A DNA stretch of 64,000 nucleotides, taken from contig OZ252100.1 of the NCBI GenBank assembly GCA_965248435.1, positions 4,032,001-4,096,000 of the forward strand, written 5' to 3'. This document shows, piece by piece, positions 1 through 9,021 of this stretch. Positions within the stretch are counted from its first letter, which is position 1, and the number at the start of each line of letters is the position of its first letter. A program made the position numbers and the translations under genes. Below the pieces are notes generated by a model that had not been told where the DNA came from, did not search any database, and saw only the letters and a program-made list of their open reading frames with translations. This stretch comes from Candidatus Latescibacterota bacterium. Lineage in GTDB: Bacteria; Latescibacterota; UBA2968; GCA-2709665.

Positions 1-337
1 AGAGCGCCCCGTCTGCCTGATTGGAGATCGGGCACGATTTGAGATAATCCACGTGTCGGGAGGTCAGCTGAGAACCGGTCCACTGGATGGCCTCAAGGGC
101 CACCTGATTGAAAAAACTGGAGTCTTCAAGGCCGACTGCGGCCCAATCGTGATTTCCCGCGATGACGATGTCTGAGAATTGTCGGACCTTCTTGATACAC
201 GCATTGGGATCCGCACCATATCCGACGACGTCACCGAGACAAATCACCCGGTCGATATTTTCACTCTCACACCGTTGGAGGACGGCCTCGAGCGCCTCCA
301 GGTTCCCGTGGACGTCCGAGAAGATGACCAGCCGCAC
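1..337 (-). CDS. Calcineurin-like metallophosphoesterase (YfcE/PPP-like), 3' end cut off by the window edge
   Basis: Manual translation from GTG at 337: MRLVIFSDVHGNLEALEAV...ICLGDVVGYG...IAGNHD, giving the DxH, GDxxG and GNHD motifs. Not in the ORF track because it is open-ended. Confidence 0.85.
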   Translation of the reverse strand, partial: MRLVIFSDVHGNLEALEAVLQRCESENIDRVICLGDVVGYGADPNACIKKVRQFSDIVIAGNHDWAAVGLEDSSFFNQVALEAIQWTGSQLTSRHVDYLKSCPISNQADGAL

Positions 338-338
338 G

Positions 339-776
339 TCAAGGCTCCGCGTGCCCGACGTTGTCAAGCTTCTCTTCCCGCTTCACGAGGGCATCCAGGA
401 TACCGTTGATGAAGCCGGGCGCCTTTTCGACGCTATAGCGCTTTGCCAGCTCTATGGCTTCGTCGATCGAGACCTTTGTGGGGATATCTTCAAACGCCGC
501 GATCTCGGTGAGCGCCATCCAAAGAAGAATTCTGTCTATACGAGAGATGCGCTCGAGAGACCAGTTCTGGGAGACGCTTTCGATCTGCGGGTCCAGTTCG
601 GCCCTACGAGCCCAGGTCTCCAGGCCCAGGTCCGTCGCGAACTTCGAGACCTCGGACGAAAGGTCGAGGCGCAGGGACATCGTGTGGAGTGTCTGTTTCA
701 CCGGGTCGCCTGAACTCTGCGACCAGTAGAGAGCCTGCAGCACCGCCTCTCGGGCTTTTCGGCGAGATCGTGTCAT
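339..776 (-). CDS. nusB: Transcription antitermination factor NusB
   Basis: N-terminal RRKARE-x2-LQALY, then W-x2-ER-x3-ID, IDEAIELAK and FINGILD motifs; downstream of rib genes. Confidence 0.95.
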   Translation of the reverse strand: MTRSRRKAREAVLQALYWSQSSGDPVKQTLHTMSLRLDLSSEVSKFATDLGLETWARRAELDPQIESVSQNWSLERISRIDRILLWMALTEIAAFEDIPTKVSIDEAIELAKRYSVEKAPGFINGILDALVKREEKLDNVGHAEP

Positions 777-805
777 GTTTGTCTTCGTCGCTTCCGAAGG
801 TGGCT

Positions 806-2077
806 TTATGTTCCGGTTTCTTCAGACTCGGAGTCCGAGGAAAGCTTCAGGTCTGCATCCGAGAAGATGTGACCCATCTTCTCCTGCTTGGTACGGAGGT
901 ACTTGATGTTCCAGGGGGTGGGCTTGATTCTCACGGGGATCCGCTCCACGATCTCTATTCCGTAGGCCTCGAGTCCAACCCGCTTGGCGGGGTTGTTGGT
1001 GATCAATCGGGCTTTTCGAATTCCCAGATCGAGGAGGATCTGCGCCCCGATCCCGAAGTCCCGTTCGTCCATCTTAAACCCGAGCTTGAGATTCGCCTCT
1101 ACGGTATCGTAGCCCTCTTCCTGAAGTTTATAGGCCCTGATCTTCTGCTGGAGACCGATACCCCTGCCTTCCTGTCGCATGTAGACAATGGCTCCGCAAC
1201 CCTCGCGCTCGATCATCTCGACCGCGGCGTGGAGGTTCGTGTCACAATCACATCGCAGCGATCCGAAGACGTCGCCAGTGAGGCATTCTGAATGCATCCG
1301 AACAAGGATGGGTTCGTCTGAGTCGAGGTCCCCTTTGACGAGCGCGATGTGAGGACGTTTGTCCACTTCACTCTCGTAGAGCTTTAGTTGGAACTCTCCG
1401 AATCGCGTGGGCAGATGGATGGATTCTACACAGCGAACCAGTTTTTCAGAACGGTGGCGGTATGCGATCAGGTCTCGGATTGTGATGATTTTCAAGCCGT
1501 ACTTCTTGGCGAGCTGCACCAGTTCAGGCAGCCTCGCCATGGTGCCGTCCTCATTCAAGATTTCGCAGAGCACACCTGCGGGAAAGAGTCCGGCGAGGCG
1601 TGCAAGGTCGACGGTTGCCTCGGTGTGGCCGGCGCGGCGCAGCACGCCGCCCGGCATGGCCTTGAGTGGAAAGATGTGGCCGGGTCGGGCGAAATCGAGT
1701 GGCCGGGAATCCGGGTCGACGAAGCGCTGGATGGTCACCGCGCGATCGCTCGCAGAGATGCCGGTCGTGGTCCCCTCCACGGCGTCGATGCACACGGTAA
1801 AGGGTGTGCCGTGGAGCGCCGTGTTGTGGTCTACCATCAAGTCCAGGTCGAGCTCCTTTAGGCGCTCCTGCGTTGCCGGTAGACAGACCAGCCCGCGGGC
1901 GTGGGTGATCATGAAGTTGATGGCCTCGGGGGTGACCTTTTCGGCCGCCATCACGAAGTCGCCTTCGTTTTCACGGTCCTCATCGTCGATCACGATCACC
2001 ATGTTGCCCGCCCGGATCTCGTCCAGGGCCTCTTCGGCGGTCACGATCTCAACGGGCTTTTTCGTTTCGGATATCAC
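806..2077 (-). CDS. ribBA: Bifunctional DHBP synthase / GTP cyclohydrolase II
   Basis: [24 protein letters not shown] (RibB); [31 protein letters not shown] (RibA). Confidence 0.97.
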   Translation of the reverse strand: MISETKKPVEIVTAEEALDEIRAGNMVIVIDDEDRENEGDFVMAAEKVTPEAINFMITHARGLVCLPATQERLKELDLDLMVDHNTALHGTPFTVCIDAVEGTTTGISASDRAVTIQRFVDPDSRPLDFARPGHIFPLKAMPGGVLRRAGHTEATVDLARLAGLFPAGVLCEILNEDGTMARLPELVQLAKKYGLKIITIRDLIAYRHRSEKLVRCVESIHLPTRFGEFQLKLYESEVDKRPHIALVKGDLDSDEPILVRMHSECLTGDVFGSLRCDCDTNLHAAVEMIEREGCGAIVYMRQEGRGIGLQQKIRAYKLQEEGYDTVEANLKLGFKMDERDFGIGAQILLDLGIRKARLITNNPAKRVGLEAYGIEIVERIPVRIKPTPWNIKYLRTKQEKMGHIFSDADLKLSSDSESEETGT

Positions 2078-2098
2078 GCTAATCCTCGATTCGGATGG

Positions 2099-2728
2099 TC
2101 ACCCGGACGACTGGGTCGAGTTATCCCCTTCTGGCACGCGACCTGTGTTCAAAAGGCGCTCGACGTATCGCGCCAGCATGTCGACCTCTAGGTTGACGGG
2201 GTCTCCGGGTTTACGCTCAGATAGGGTTGTGACGCTCAAGGTGTGCGGGATCACTGTGACCGTGAAGTCGCTGTCTGACACCGAGACGACGGTGAGACTG
2301 ATCCCATCCACGGCGACTGAACCCTTCTTCGCAAGATAGGGCGCGAGTTCGGCCGGCATTTCGATTCTGAGGAGCACGTTGTCGGGAGATTCCACTCGGT
2401 CCAGCACGCGGCCGATGCCGTCAACGTGACCCGCAACCATGTGTCCACTTATTCGCTGACCGACCTGAAACGATCGCTCGAGGTTGACGCGATGGTCGGG
2501 TTGGAGTCTACCGAGCGTGGTCAGCTGGAGGGTCTCTTCGACCGATTCGACGACGAAGCCGATCTCATCGTGTTCTACCACGGTGTGGCAGGTCCCGTCG
2601 ATGCTGATGCTGTCTCCGGTCTGGATGTCATGCAGGACGCGAACGGCGTCAATGGTCGTACGTTGATACCCCTTCCGCTTCTGGATCGATCTAACGCTGC
2701 CTGTCTCTTCGATGATGCCCGTGAACAT
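2099..2728 (-). CDS. ribE: Riboflavin synthase (alpha chain)
   Basis: Canonical MFTGIIEE N-terminus at ATG 2728, GHVDG, KGSVAVDGISLTV, VNLEVD. Confidence 0.95.
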   Translation of the reverse strand: MFTGIIEETGSVRSIQKRKGYQRTTIDAVRVLHDIQTGDSISIDGTCHTVVEHDEIGFVVESVEETLQLTTLGRLQPDHRVNLERSFQVGQRISGHMVAGHVDGIGRVLDRVESPDNVLLRIEMPAELAPYLAKKGSVAVDGISLTVVSVSDSDFTVTVIPHTLSVTTLSERKPGDPVNLEVDMLARYVERLLNTGRVPEGDNSTQSSG

Positions 2729-2772
2729 ATGATGGATTGACGTTTCTGTGTTAAATTTGATCGCCCGGGAAC

Positions 2773-3852
2773 TTAAGTCTTTTTCACTCTGGCCGTGTAG
2801 AGCAAATCGTCTCCGATTCGTTCGACGGCGGTATCTTCGAGACAAACGGCATCAGAGAGCCTATCGATTCCGAGATCGGCTACCGAGTGCACACCTGAAC
2901 CGAGGAGTTTGGGCGCAATAAAGATGGCCAGGCGATCTACGAGTCCCTCGCGAAGGGCAGAGGCTGCGACTTCGCCCCCGCCTTCGATCAGAACGTGAGT
3001 CAGATCTTCTGACCCGGCGCGTTTGAGGACCCCGGCGAGCAACGGCCGACCTGCGTCCAGGGGTGTCTCCCATACGTGAGCGCCCGCGTCTTCCACGGCC
3101 TGTTTCCTCTCGCGGGACACGCCTTCAGCCGCCGCCAGGACGAGGCGCGCTCCCCGGAAGATCTGCGCGTCCTCGGAGACCTCCAGTCTGCTATCGAGCA
3201 CGATCTTTACAGGATCATCTCCGGGAACGTGTCTGACAGACAAACGAGGATCGTCCGCTTTTACCGTACGGCCTCCGACGATCACTGCGTCGACATCGGC
3301 TCGCATCCGATGAGCCGCCTTCCTTGATTCCTCGGATGTGATCCACCTGGAATCCCCTGCGACGGTTGCGATCCGGCCATCCAGGGTCTGGGCAAGCTTG
3401 AGTGTGACGAAGGGCAAACCGGTGGTCCGGTGCTTGACGTAGACCTCGTTGAGACGCCTCGCTTCCTCTTCCATGAGTCCGACTTCGACCTGGATGTTTT
3501 CCTCGCGAAGCCTGTCGATGCCCCGGCCGGAAACCCTTTGGTCCGGGTCGACCATCGCGCAGACCGCGCGCGAGACCCGCTTTTTGATCAGAAGGTCGAC
3601 GCACGGGGGGGTGCGGCCGGTGTGAACGCAGGGCTCGAGCGTGACGTAAAGTGTGACATCGCGGTCGCCGTCGGATACCGGATCGAGGGCGACGACCTCC
3701 GCGTGCGGTCTCCCCGGACCTGCGTGATACCCTTCGCCCAGGATTTGTTCTCCCCGGACGGCGACGGCCCCCACCATCGGGTTTGGCCTCGCGGTGGACC
3801 GGCCCCGCTCGGCCAGACCGAGTGCGATCTTCATGTAGTCGACATCAGTCAT
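2773..3852 (-). CDS. ribD: Diaminohydroxyphosphoribosylaminopyrimidine deaminase / reductase
   Basis: PNPMVGAV, HAE, TLEPC-x8-PC zinc motif, TLDGRIA, WIT, IEGG. Confidence 0.96.
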   Translation of the reverse strand: MTDVDYMKIALGLAERGRSTARPNPMVGAVAVRGEQILGEGYHAGPGRPHAEVVALDPVSDGDRDVTLYVTLEPCVHTGRTPPCVDLLIKKRVSRAVCAMVDPDQRVSGRGIDRLREENIQVEVGLMEEEARRLNEVYVKHRTTGLPFVTLKLAQTLDGRIATVAGDSRWITSEESRKAAHRMRADVDAVIVGGRTVKADDPRLSVRHVPGDDPVKIVLDSRLEVSEDAQIFRGARLVLAAAEGVSRERKQAVEDAGAHVWETPLDAGRPLLAGVLKRAGSEDLTHVLIEGGGEVAASALREGLVDRLAIFIAPKLLGSGVHSVADLGIDRLSDAVCLEDTAVERIGDDLLYTARVKKT

Positions 3853-3857
3853 CTGTC

Positions 3858-5999
3858 TTACTTGACCTCGAATACTGCCTTGCCGACCCCAACATTGCCG
3901 AGCGCGTCTGCGCCACGAACCACCAGGGTATATTCACCCGGATCGAGGTGATCGAGCGTAAACTGAAGCATCTCGCTTCGCGAATCGAATATCTGGTCCG
4001 CCGGGAAGACCACCTTCCAGGTTCCGGAATTGAGAGAATAGCTGGCCTCCCGGATCGGGCTGATTGCGTCTTCAACCGCCGTCTCCACGGAGACGAGGCC
4101 TGGACCGGCCTGTCGGACCGATGATAGACGCACATGAGGAGGCGTATGGTCGATGTCGAACGGCTCACTCACCTTTTCAGAGGAGAGGGCCTGGGTTTCC
4201 GGATTGCTCAATCGATCGGAGGCGACCACTCTTAGCTGCATTGTGCCTTCGGGAGCGGATTCGACCTTCCAGAGATAGTTGGGCGAGGTGAGGTCTTTCT
4301 CCAGCAGCTTCCAATCTTTTTCCTCACGACCCCGGAAGTAGAGGTCGTAAATCAACTGGTCGCTGTTCACGTCGGCGGCAGACCAGGAGATCTTCCATAC
4401 GCCTTTCTCCTGGTCCTGGGGCTGGGGGCGGGCCTGGCGTTTTTCACCGTCCGACCCTGCGTTCCCGGAGGGACTGTTTCGACGTGCGGGGGATGTGATC
4501 TGAAGATCCAGGATCTGAGGCTCAAGGTTTTCCTGGAGGCCGGCCATCGTGACTTCCCGCAGTTTGGGCGTAGCACTTCCTGTCTTTGAGGTCATCACCG
4601 CTCGATACTGCAGGAATCTGGCCGGAGGGCTCAGGATCTGGCCGCCCTTCGAGGGTTCAGACCAGGGACTCCACGTATCGTCTGGGACCTCGCCGTTGCC
4701 CGACCGGGTCTGGAACGAGATGGAAGTGCCCTCCGTCTCCTCGGCTTTCCAGGCCAACTTCCCCCACTTGGACACGATTGTGAAATCTCTGGGTTCGGAG
4801 GTCAGCGTGCCCTTTTTCGAGTAGGATCGCTCCAACCGATGGACCGTCCCGGCCCCTGCGGCCCCGATCCAAAACCGGGCGTCTCGGGAAGGGCAAATTG
4901 CCCACGGTTGGAGATCCTCCATTCGAAGGATCAGGGTAGAGGTGCCATCATTTTTCACACGGTAGACAGATCCAGGGTCTCCGGTGAGGGCGGTAAGCTC
5001 ACCGCCTGCGTCAACGTGCAGCGACAGGAGGATCGGCTCTGGGGTCTGCCACAGTTTGATTGCTGCGCCAGATGGACGTATGGCATAAATCACAGAGGCT
5101 TCGCTGGCCGCCTCCTTCCCAGGTTGGGGAGGGGTCTTAGGCGGGGCCGCGTTTCCTCCGCTGAGCCTCGAACTTCCCGTCATCGCTCCGGCATAGAGCA
5201 TCCCGTCGGGTCCGAATGCCAGGGCGTGGACTTCCTTTTGAGATGCGTCGAAGAGGACTTGCACTTTACCGCTCTGGTCGACCTTGTAAACGAGCCCATT
5301 CTGATCAGTACCGGCGTAAAGGTTTCCATTCGGCGCCTGAATCAGCGAAACGATGTTGGGATCCGGGCTCTTGTAAATCTCTTTCGGTTTACCCTTCGAA
5401 GAGATCCGAAGGATGCGCCCGTTACTGCCGCCCGTGGCGGCGTAGAGATCGCCTCCGGGCTGCGGGACGAGCGCCCAGACGTGACTGTCGCCGGTCCGAC
5501 AAAAGGTGATCGGGTTCTTGCCGGGATCGATCCGATAGATGTTTCCGTCGGGTGAAGAGCCCGCGTAGAGGGTCCCATTCGGTCCGACCGCGAGGCTAAA
5601 GATTGCCACTTCAGGGGAATCAAACAGGAGTTCAGATACTCCCTTTCCTTCATCGTAGGCAAAGATCTTACCGCTGTTCCCCGTAGCGATGTAGAGCCGC
5701 CCCTTCTTACCCTCTGCCAGTGCCCATACGAATTCCTCGTCCGTATCCACAACCTGTTTGAGGCTGGGGCCGAGGGTTACGACCCCATCGCGGGTGATGG
5801 AGACATCCTCGGCCTCGCCCTTGATAAAGGACGCGCGGCTGTCCTCGCGCCAGATCGTCGGCACGACGGCATCTGCCGGTAGCTGAAGAAGACCCAGCAG
5901 ACATACGAACAGGGGCCAGGCCTGGCGAGCTTTAGTTCTTGTCTCGACTGGGCCCGGCCTTCTCATCAAATACGACACCATCTTTCTCCCTATCGACAT
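3858..5999 (-). CDS. Secreted beta-propeller (WD40-like) protein with C-terminal Ig/fibronectin-like region
   Basis: Signal-like FVCLLGLLQLPADA; repeated G-x-LY-A-[GA]-T blades; beta-rich C-terminus. True start is probably slightly downstream of 5999. Confidence 0.75.
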   Translation of the reverse strand: MSIGRKMVSYLMRRPGPVETRTKARQAWPLFVCLLGLLQLPADAVVPTIWREDSRASFIKGEAEDVSITRDGVVTLGPSLKQVVDTDEEFVWALAEGKKGRLYIATGNSGKIFAYDEGKGVSELLFDSPEVAIFSLAVGPNGTLYAGSSPDGNIYRIDPGKNPITFCRTGDSHVWALVPQPGGDLYAATGGSNGRILRISSKGKPKEIYKSPDPNIVSLIQAPNGNLYAGTDQNGLVYKVDQSGKVQVLFDASQKEVHALAFGPDGMLYAGAMTGSSRLSGGNAAPPKTPPQPGKEAASEASVIYAIRPSGAAIKLWQTPEPILLSLHVDAGGELTALTGDPGSVYRVKNDGTSTLILRMEDLQPWAICPSRDARFWIGAAGAGTVHRLERSYSKKGTLTSEPRDFTIVSKWGKLAWKAEETEGTSISFQTRSGNGEVPDDTWSPWSEPSKGGQILSPPARFLQYRAVMTSKTGSATPKLREVTMAGLQENLEPQILDLQITSPARRNSPSGNAGSDGEKRQARPQPQDQEKGVWKISWSAADVNSDQLIYDLYFRGREEKDWKLLEKDLTSPNYLWKVESAPEGTMQLRVVASDRLSNPETQALSSEKVSEPFDIDHTPPHVRLSSVRQAGPGLVSVETAVEDAISPIREASYSLNSGTWKVVFPADQIFDSRSEMLQFTLDHLDPGEYTLVVRGADALGNVGVGKAVFEVK

Positions 6000-7896
6000 A
6001 GATCAGTGCGGTCTGACTGCCAGAGAGTACATACTCTGTGTTTACGTGTTTTCGATACAGCACGGTTTGCCTGACGCGTTTGACATCTCCGGAATGCCCG
6101 GAGAAACGAAGTGCAGACAGGACCGAGGGCGGAAGGGAGGCAACTTCTCTCCCTTCGACTGTGACCCCCCGTTTGGAGGACAGGAGATCGATGATCAGTT
6201 CATCGTTCTTGTCCTCCTCGCCGATGAGGCGGATGAGGTGTTCGAAGTCCCGCGGCGCGTGTTCTCCCGGGGCACGTTTGGTCTCCAAAATGCGATGCGT
6301 TCGCGCGCTCGCGGCCCTCAGGGTCAATCTTCCACCCCGCGCTTCCGCAGGGATCGTCAGCTCGGTTTCGATGGTTTCGGGTGTGCCGAGGTAAGGATGG
6401 AGCACAACCGTAAGATGCACCTTGTCCCCCGGCTGGAAGCGGGCCTTCCTGAGGCGAATGGACTCGACGTGAGCGGCACGGATCGTTTCTTCGACTTCGA
6501 GATCGAAAACCACTTCCTCCAGGCGTACGGGTTCGAAGGGGTTTCGGATCAGGCGGCCCAGTTGAGAGGTCACACCCAGGACAGCCTCACCCAGGGCTCT
6601 TGGACCTGAAAAGATGTTGCTGAGTTCCAGGGGAGGATGTTCCGCCAGATGAATGCGCGATGTCGCTCGTATGGTGGCCTGCCCGAGGAGTTTTTCGGAT
6701 GAGATCAGGGCGTTTGTGACTGCCGCCCGCATCAGGAGGGGTGTGAAGTCTCGGTTTCGCAGAATCTCCATCTGAAAAGACTTGGTGCCCGCCGGAGAAC
6801 GAACCTCCACGCGCGTTGGAATCATTTCCGCCTCTTGGCCGACGATTCCAGCTATCCCTGGCGCCCTGTCCTGGAGGATGACGCCCATCGGCTTGGCGGC
6901 TGCTCCCAGTTTGAACGACAGCATCTGACTGGGAAGCACCTCGTGGATGAAGGCCGACGTCATCGGCATGGAGGTATTGCCCCCGAACAGCATCGGGTGC
7001 CCGAACCCGATAACACGGTCGCCCTCCCGGTAGGTCAGCGTACCGATGCCGGTGACACTCCAGTCGCCACGGACCAACTGGACGCCGAGCGCGGCCCCAG
7101 GCTCGAAGGGACCCGAGGCCAGTGTGGAGTCGGCTGTTCCGCCGCCCTGGACAGGAAGCAGTCCCATTCGGAGGAATTCCTGGCGCAGGTCAGAGACGAC
7201 CCGGGGCGAAAATCCGGACATGGCCAGCGGGGTGGCAACAGGTTTAAGACCGCCCGGTTCAGGCAGCGATAGATCCGTCAGATCTGGATTCGAATCCTCT
7301 TCCGAAATCATCCATGTATCCGGGCCTCCCACGGCGCTTGTCGCATCCGATGGGCGTTCGAGCACCGCTTTCATTTCAGCAATCGGCGTGATGCCGGCGA
7401 TCGGCTCCTTCGAAAAGGCGCCGAAGCTGTAGGCGACGGCCCCGATCAACTTGCCGTCGATGTAGACCGGACTGCCACTCATTCCGGCGATGACGCCTGT
7501 GTGTTCCAGGGGACCCCCGGAGAGTCGGGCCAGGATAATGTCCCTGCCTGGGCCGAAGACATTGTGCAGGACGCCGAGGACCTCCGCTCCGAAAGTGTCG
7601 ATTCGGGAACCCTGGAAGACGGTTCGCCCCACGCCGACCAATCCACGCCGAAGCTGGTCGACCGGCATGTGTGCATCCGGTTCCAGATCGGATGCCTGAG
7701 CAGGGGACACGAGGAGCCCCAGGCAAAGGAGGATCACTGAGATTCTGTGGATCGTGGATCGTGGATCGTGGATCGTCGTTCGATTTCGGATTGCGGATTG
7801 CGGATTGCGGATTGAAAGGCATTGCTCGCAGCAGAGCCGTTTGGAAAACCCGTGAATCGTCATATTCATCCCGGAGACCGGATTCGTTGCTGGCAT
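5932..7896 (-). CDS. SpoIVB-like peptidase (S55 domain) secreted protein
   Basis: GVIAGMSGSPVYIDGKLIGAV catalytic-serine motif and FGHP motif, in circularly permuted order; signal peptide ILLCLGLLVSPAQA. Start uncertain (7896, 7869, 7863 or 7737). Confidence 0.85.
   Translation of the reverse strand: MPATNPVSGMNMTIHGFSKRLCCEQCLSIRNPQSAIRNRTTIHDPRSTIHRISVILLCLGLLVSPAQASDLEPDAHMPVDQLRRGLVGVGRTVFQGSRIDTFGAEVLGVLHNVFGPGRDIILARLSGGPLEHTGVIAGMSGSPVYIDGKLIGAVAYSFGAFSKEPIAGITPIAEMKAVLERPSDATSAVGGPDTWMISEEDSNPDLTDLSLPEPGGLKPVATPLAMSGFSPRVVSDLRQEFLRMGLLPVQGGGTADSTLASGPFEPGAALGVQLVRGDWSVTGIGTLTYREGDRVIGFGHPMLFGGNTSMPMTSAFIHEVLPSQMLSFKLGAAAKPMGVILQDRAPGIAGIVGQEAEMIPTRVEVRSPAGTKSFQMEILRNRDFTPLLMRAAVTNALISSEKLLGQATIRATSRIHLAEHPPLELSNIFSGPRALGEAVLGVTSQLGRLIRNPFEPVRLEEVVFDLEVEETIRAAHVESIRLRKARFQPGDKVHLTVVLHPYLGTPETIETELTIPAEARGGRLTLRAASARTHRILETKRAPGEHAPRDFEHLIRLIGEEDKNDELIIDLLSSKRGVTVEGREVASLPPSVLSALRFSGHSGDVKRVRQTVLYRKHVNTEYVLSGSQTALIYVDREKDGVVFDEKAGPSRDKN
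7747..7814. repeat. Two adjacent heptamer tandem arrays: (GTGGATC)x4 and (CGGATTG)x4
   Basis: Read directly: 7747-7774 and 7787-7814. Confidence 0.95.
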
Positions 7897-7964
7897 CTCT
7901 TGATCTTCTATTCGGAGGTGAGTCCCAGCCTTATTTTTGAGGTATCTCCCTTTAAGTACACCTT

Positions 7965-7993
7965 ATTATACCGGTTTTTATAATCCCGAACAA
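7965..7993 (-). promoter_or_regulatory. Sigma70-type promoter for the S55-rib-nusB operon
   Basis: Minus strand TTGTTC-17 nt-TATAAT. Confidence 0.6.
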
Positions 7994-7998
7994 GACCC

Positions 7999-8027
7999 TT
8001 GTATACGGCATCTTTACTCATTATACT
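7999..8027 (+). promoter_or_regulatory. Sigma70-type promoter for rlmH (probably leaderless)
   Basis: TTGTAT-17 nt-TATACT, with the ATG 7 nt after the -10 box. Confidence 0.65.
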
Positions 8028-8033
8028 GCACAG

Positions 8034-8504
8034 ATGCGGATCACCCTGCTCACTGTCGGCCGGTGCCGGACCGCCTACCTGGAAGAGGGTGCTGCCGACT
8101 ATGCGAGGCGAATCGGGAGATATGCCACACTGGAGCAGGTGGTCGTGAAGGAGGAACGTGGGCAGAAGGGCAGGCTGAGCGAGGATATCACTCGGAAGGA
8201 GGGAACGCGTCTGCTGGATGCCGTTCATGGAAACGCGTTCCTTGTCGCGCTGGATCGCTCGGGCCAGGCATGCACCTCGGATGATCTGGCGGCGCGGATC
8301 TCTGAGCTGGGTTTAGCCGGACGGAGTCGGATGGCGTTTGTGATCGGAGGCGCGTTCGGCCTTGCCCAGGAGGTCTTGAAGCGCGCGGATTGGCGTCTCT
8401 CAATTTCATCCATGACGTATACGCACGAGATGACCCGATTGGTGATCCTCGAACAAATCTACCGGGCATTCACTATTCTGAGGGGGGAGCCTTACCACAA
8501 ATAG
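8034..8504 (+). CDS. rlmH: 23S rRNA (pseudouridine1915-N3)-methyltransferase
   Basis: FVIGGAFGL, SSMTYTHEMTRLVILEQIYRA and terminal GEPYHK. Confidence 0.96.
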   Translation: MRITLLTVGRCRTAYLEEGAADYARRIGRYATLEQVVVKEERGQKGRLSEDITRKEGTRLLDAVHGNAFLVALDRSGQACTSDDLAARISELGLAGRSRMAFVIGGAFGLAQEVLKRADWRLSISSMTYTHEMTRLVILEQIYRAFTILRGEPYHK

Positions 8505-8558
8505 GTTTTCTACGCCGGAGGCGAAACTTCCTGCCCGGTACTGAGTTCAATCCGAAGC

Positions 8559-8901
8559 AAAAATAGCCCGGGGGAGAGGACGTCGAACAGCCGGGGAGAG
8601 ATGATTCCTTAGCCAGGAATCCGGCTGCTCGGGCCTGTCAGCCCCCGGGCTTTGCCACGGGCGGAATCAAACAGAGGAAACCACGACCTGAAGACTCTGG
8701 TGGGAAAGAAGATTTATGAAACCGGCACTTCTGTCGATTTGGCCTCCAAAAGGGCCAGACCAACGATCCAGCGGGGAAGAGAAACGGAGCAACTGAGGGA
8801 AGGGAGATTCCAGGCGCCACGGTCGATCGCCTGACTCATCCCAGGGGTCGGGATGATTGTCAGAGATACTGACACGGCGCAACGAGGGGATCCTCGCAAG
8901 C
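8559..8901 (-). ncRNA. Candidate structured non-coding RNA (~340 nt), family not recognised
   Basis: Upstream promoter, at least five helices with G-U pairs that form only on the minus strand, 3' hairpin plus U-tract, and no credible ORF. Confidence 0.55.
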
Positions 8902-8907
8902 AGGATT

Positions 8908-8936
8908 AAGATAAGCCACTGTTTTTGTTGAGTCAA
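8908..8936 (-). promoter_or_regulatory. Sigma70-type promoter driving the candidate ncRNA
   Basis: Minus strand TTGACT-17 nt-TATCTT. Confidence 0.65.
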
Positions 8937-9021
8937 GAGGAAAACCCGTGGATCGTCTCAGTTTTAGCCGGAGCCCGGATTCAGGTTTATATTATCTTCG
9001 GATATCTATCATATAAAGGAG

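Noticed and set aside
8487-8504. rlmH 3' end as an occupied integration site (as for SCCmec)
   Set aside because: No recombinase downstream and no duplicate of the GAGCCTTACCACAAATAG end noticed in the window.
8559-8901. tmRNA, RNase P RNA, SRP RNA or a riboswitch
   Set aside because: No tRNA-like ends, no GAGGAAAGUCC, no SRP GGAA domain IV, and no same-strand gene directly downstream. The short ORFs here lack support.
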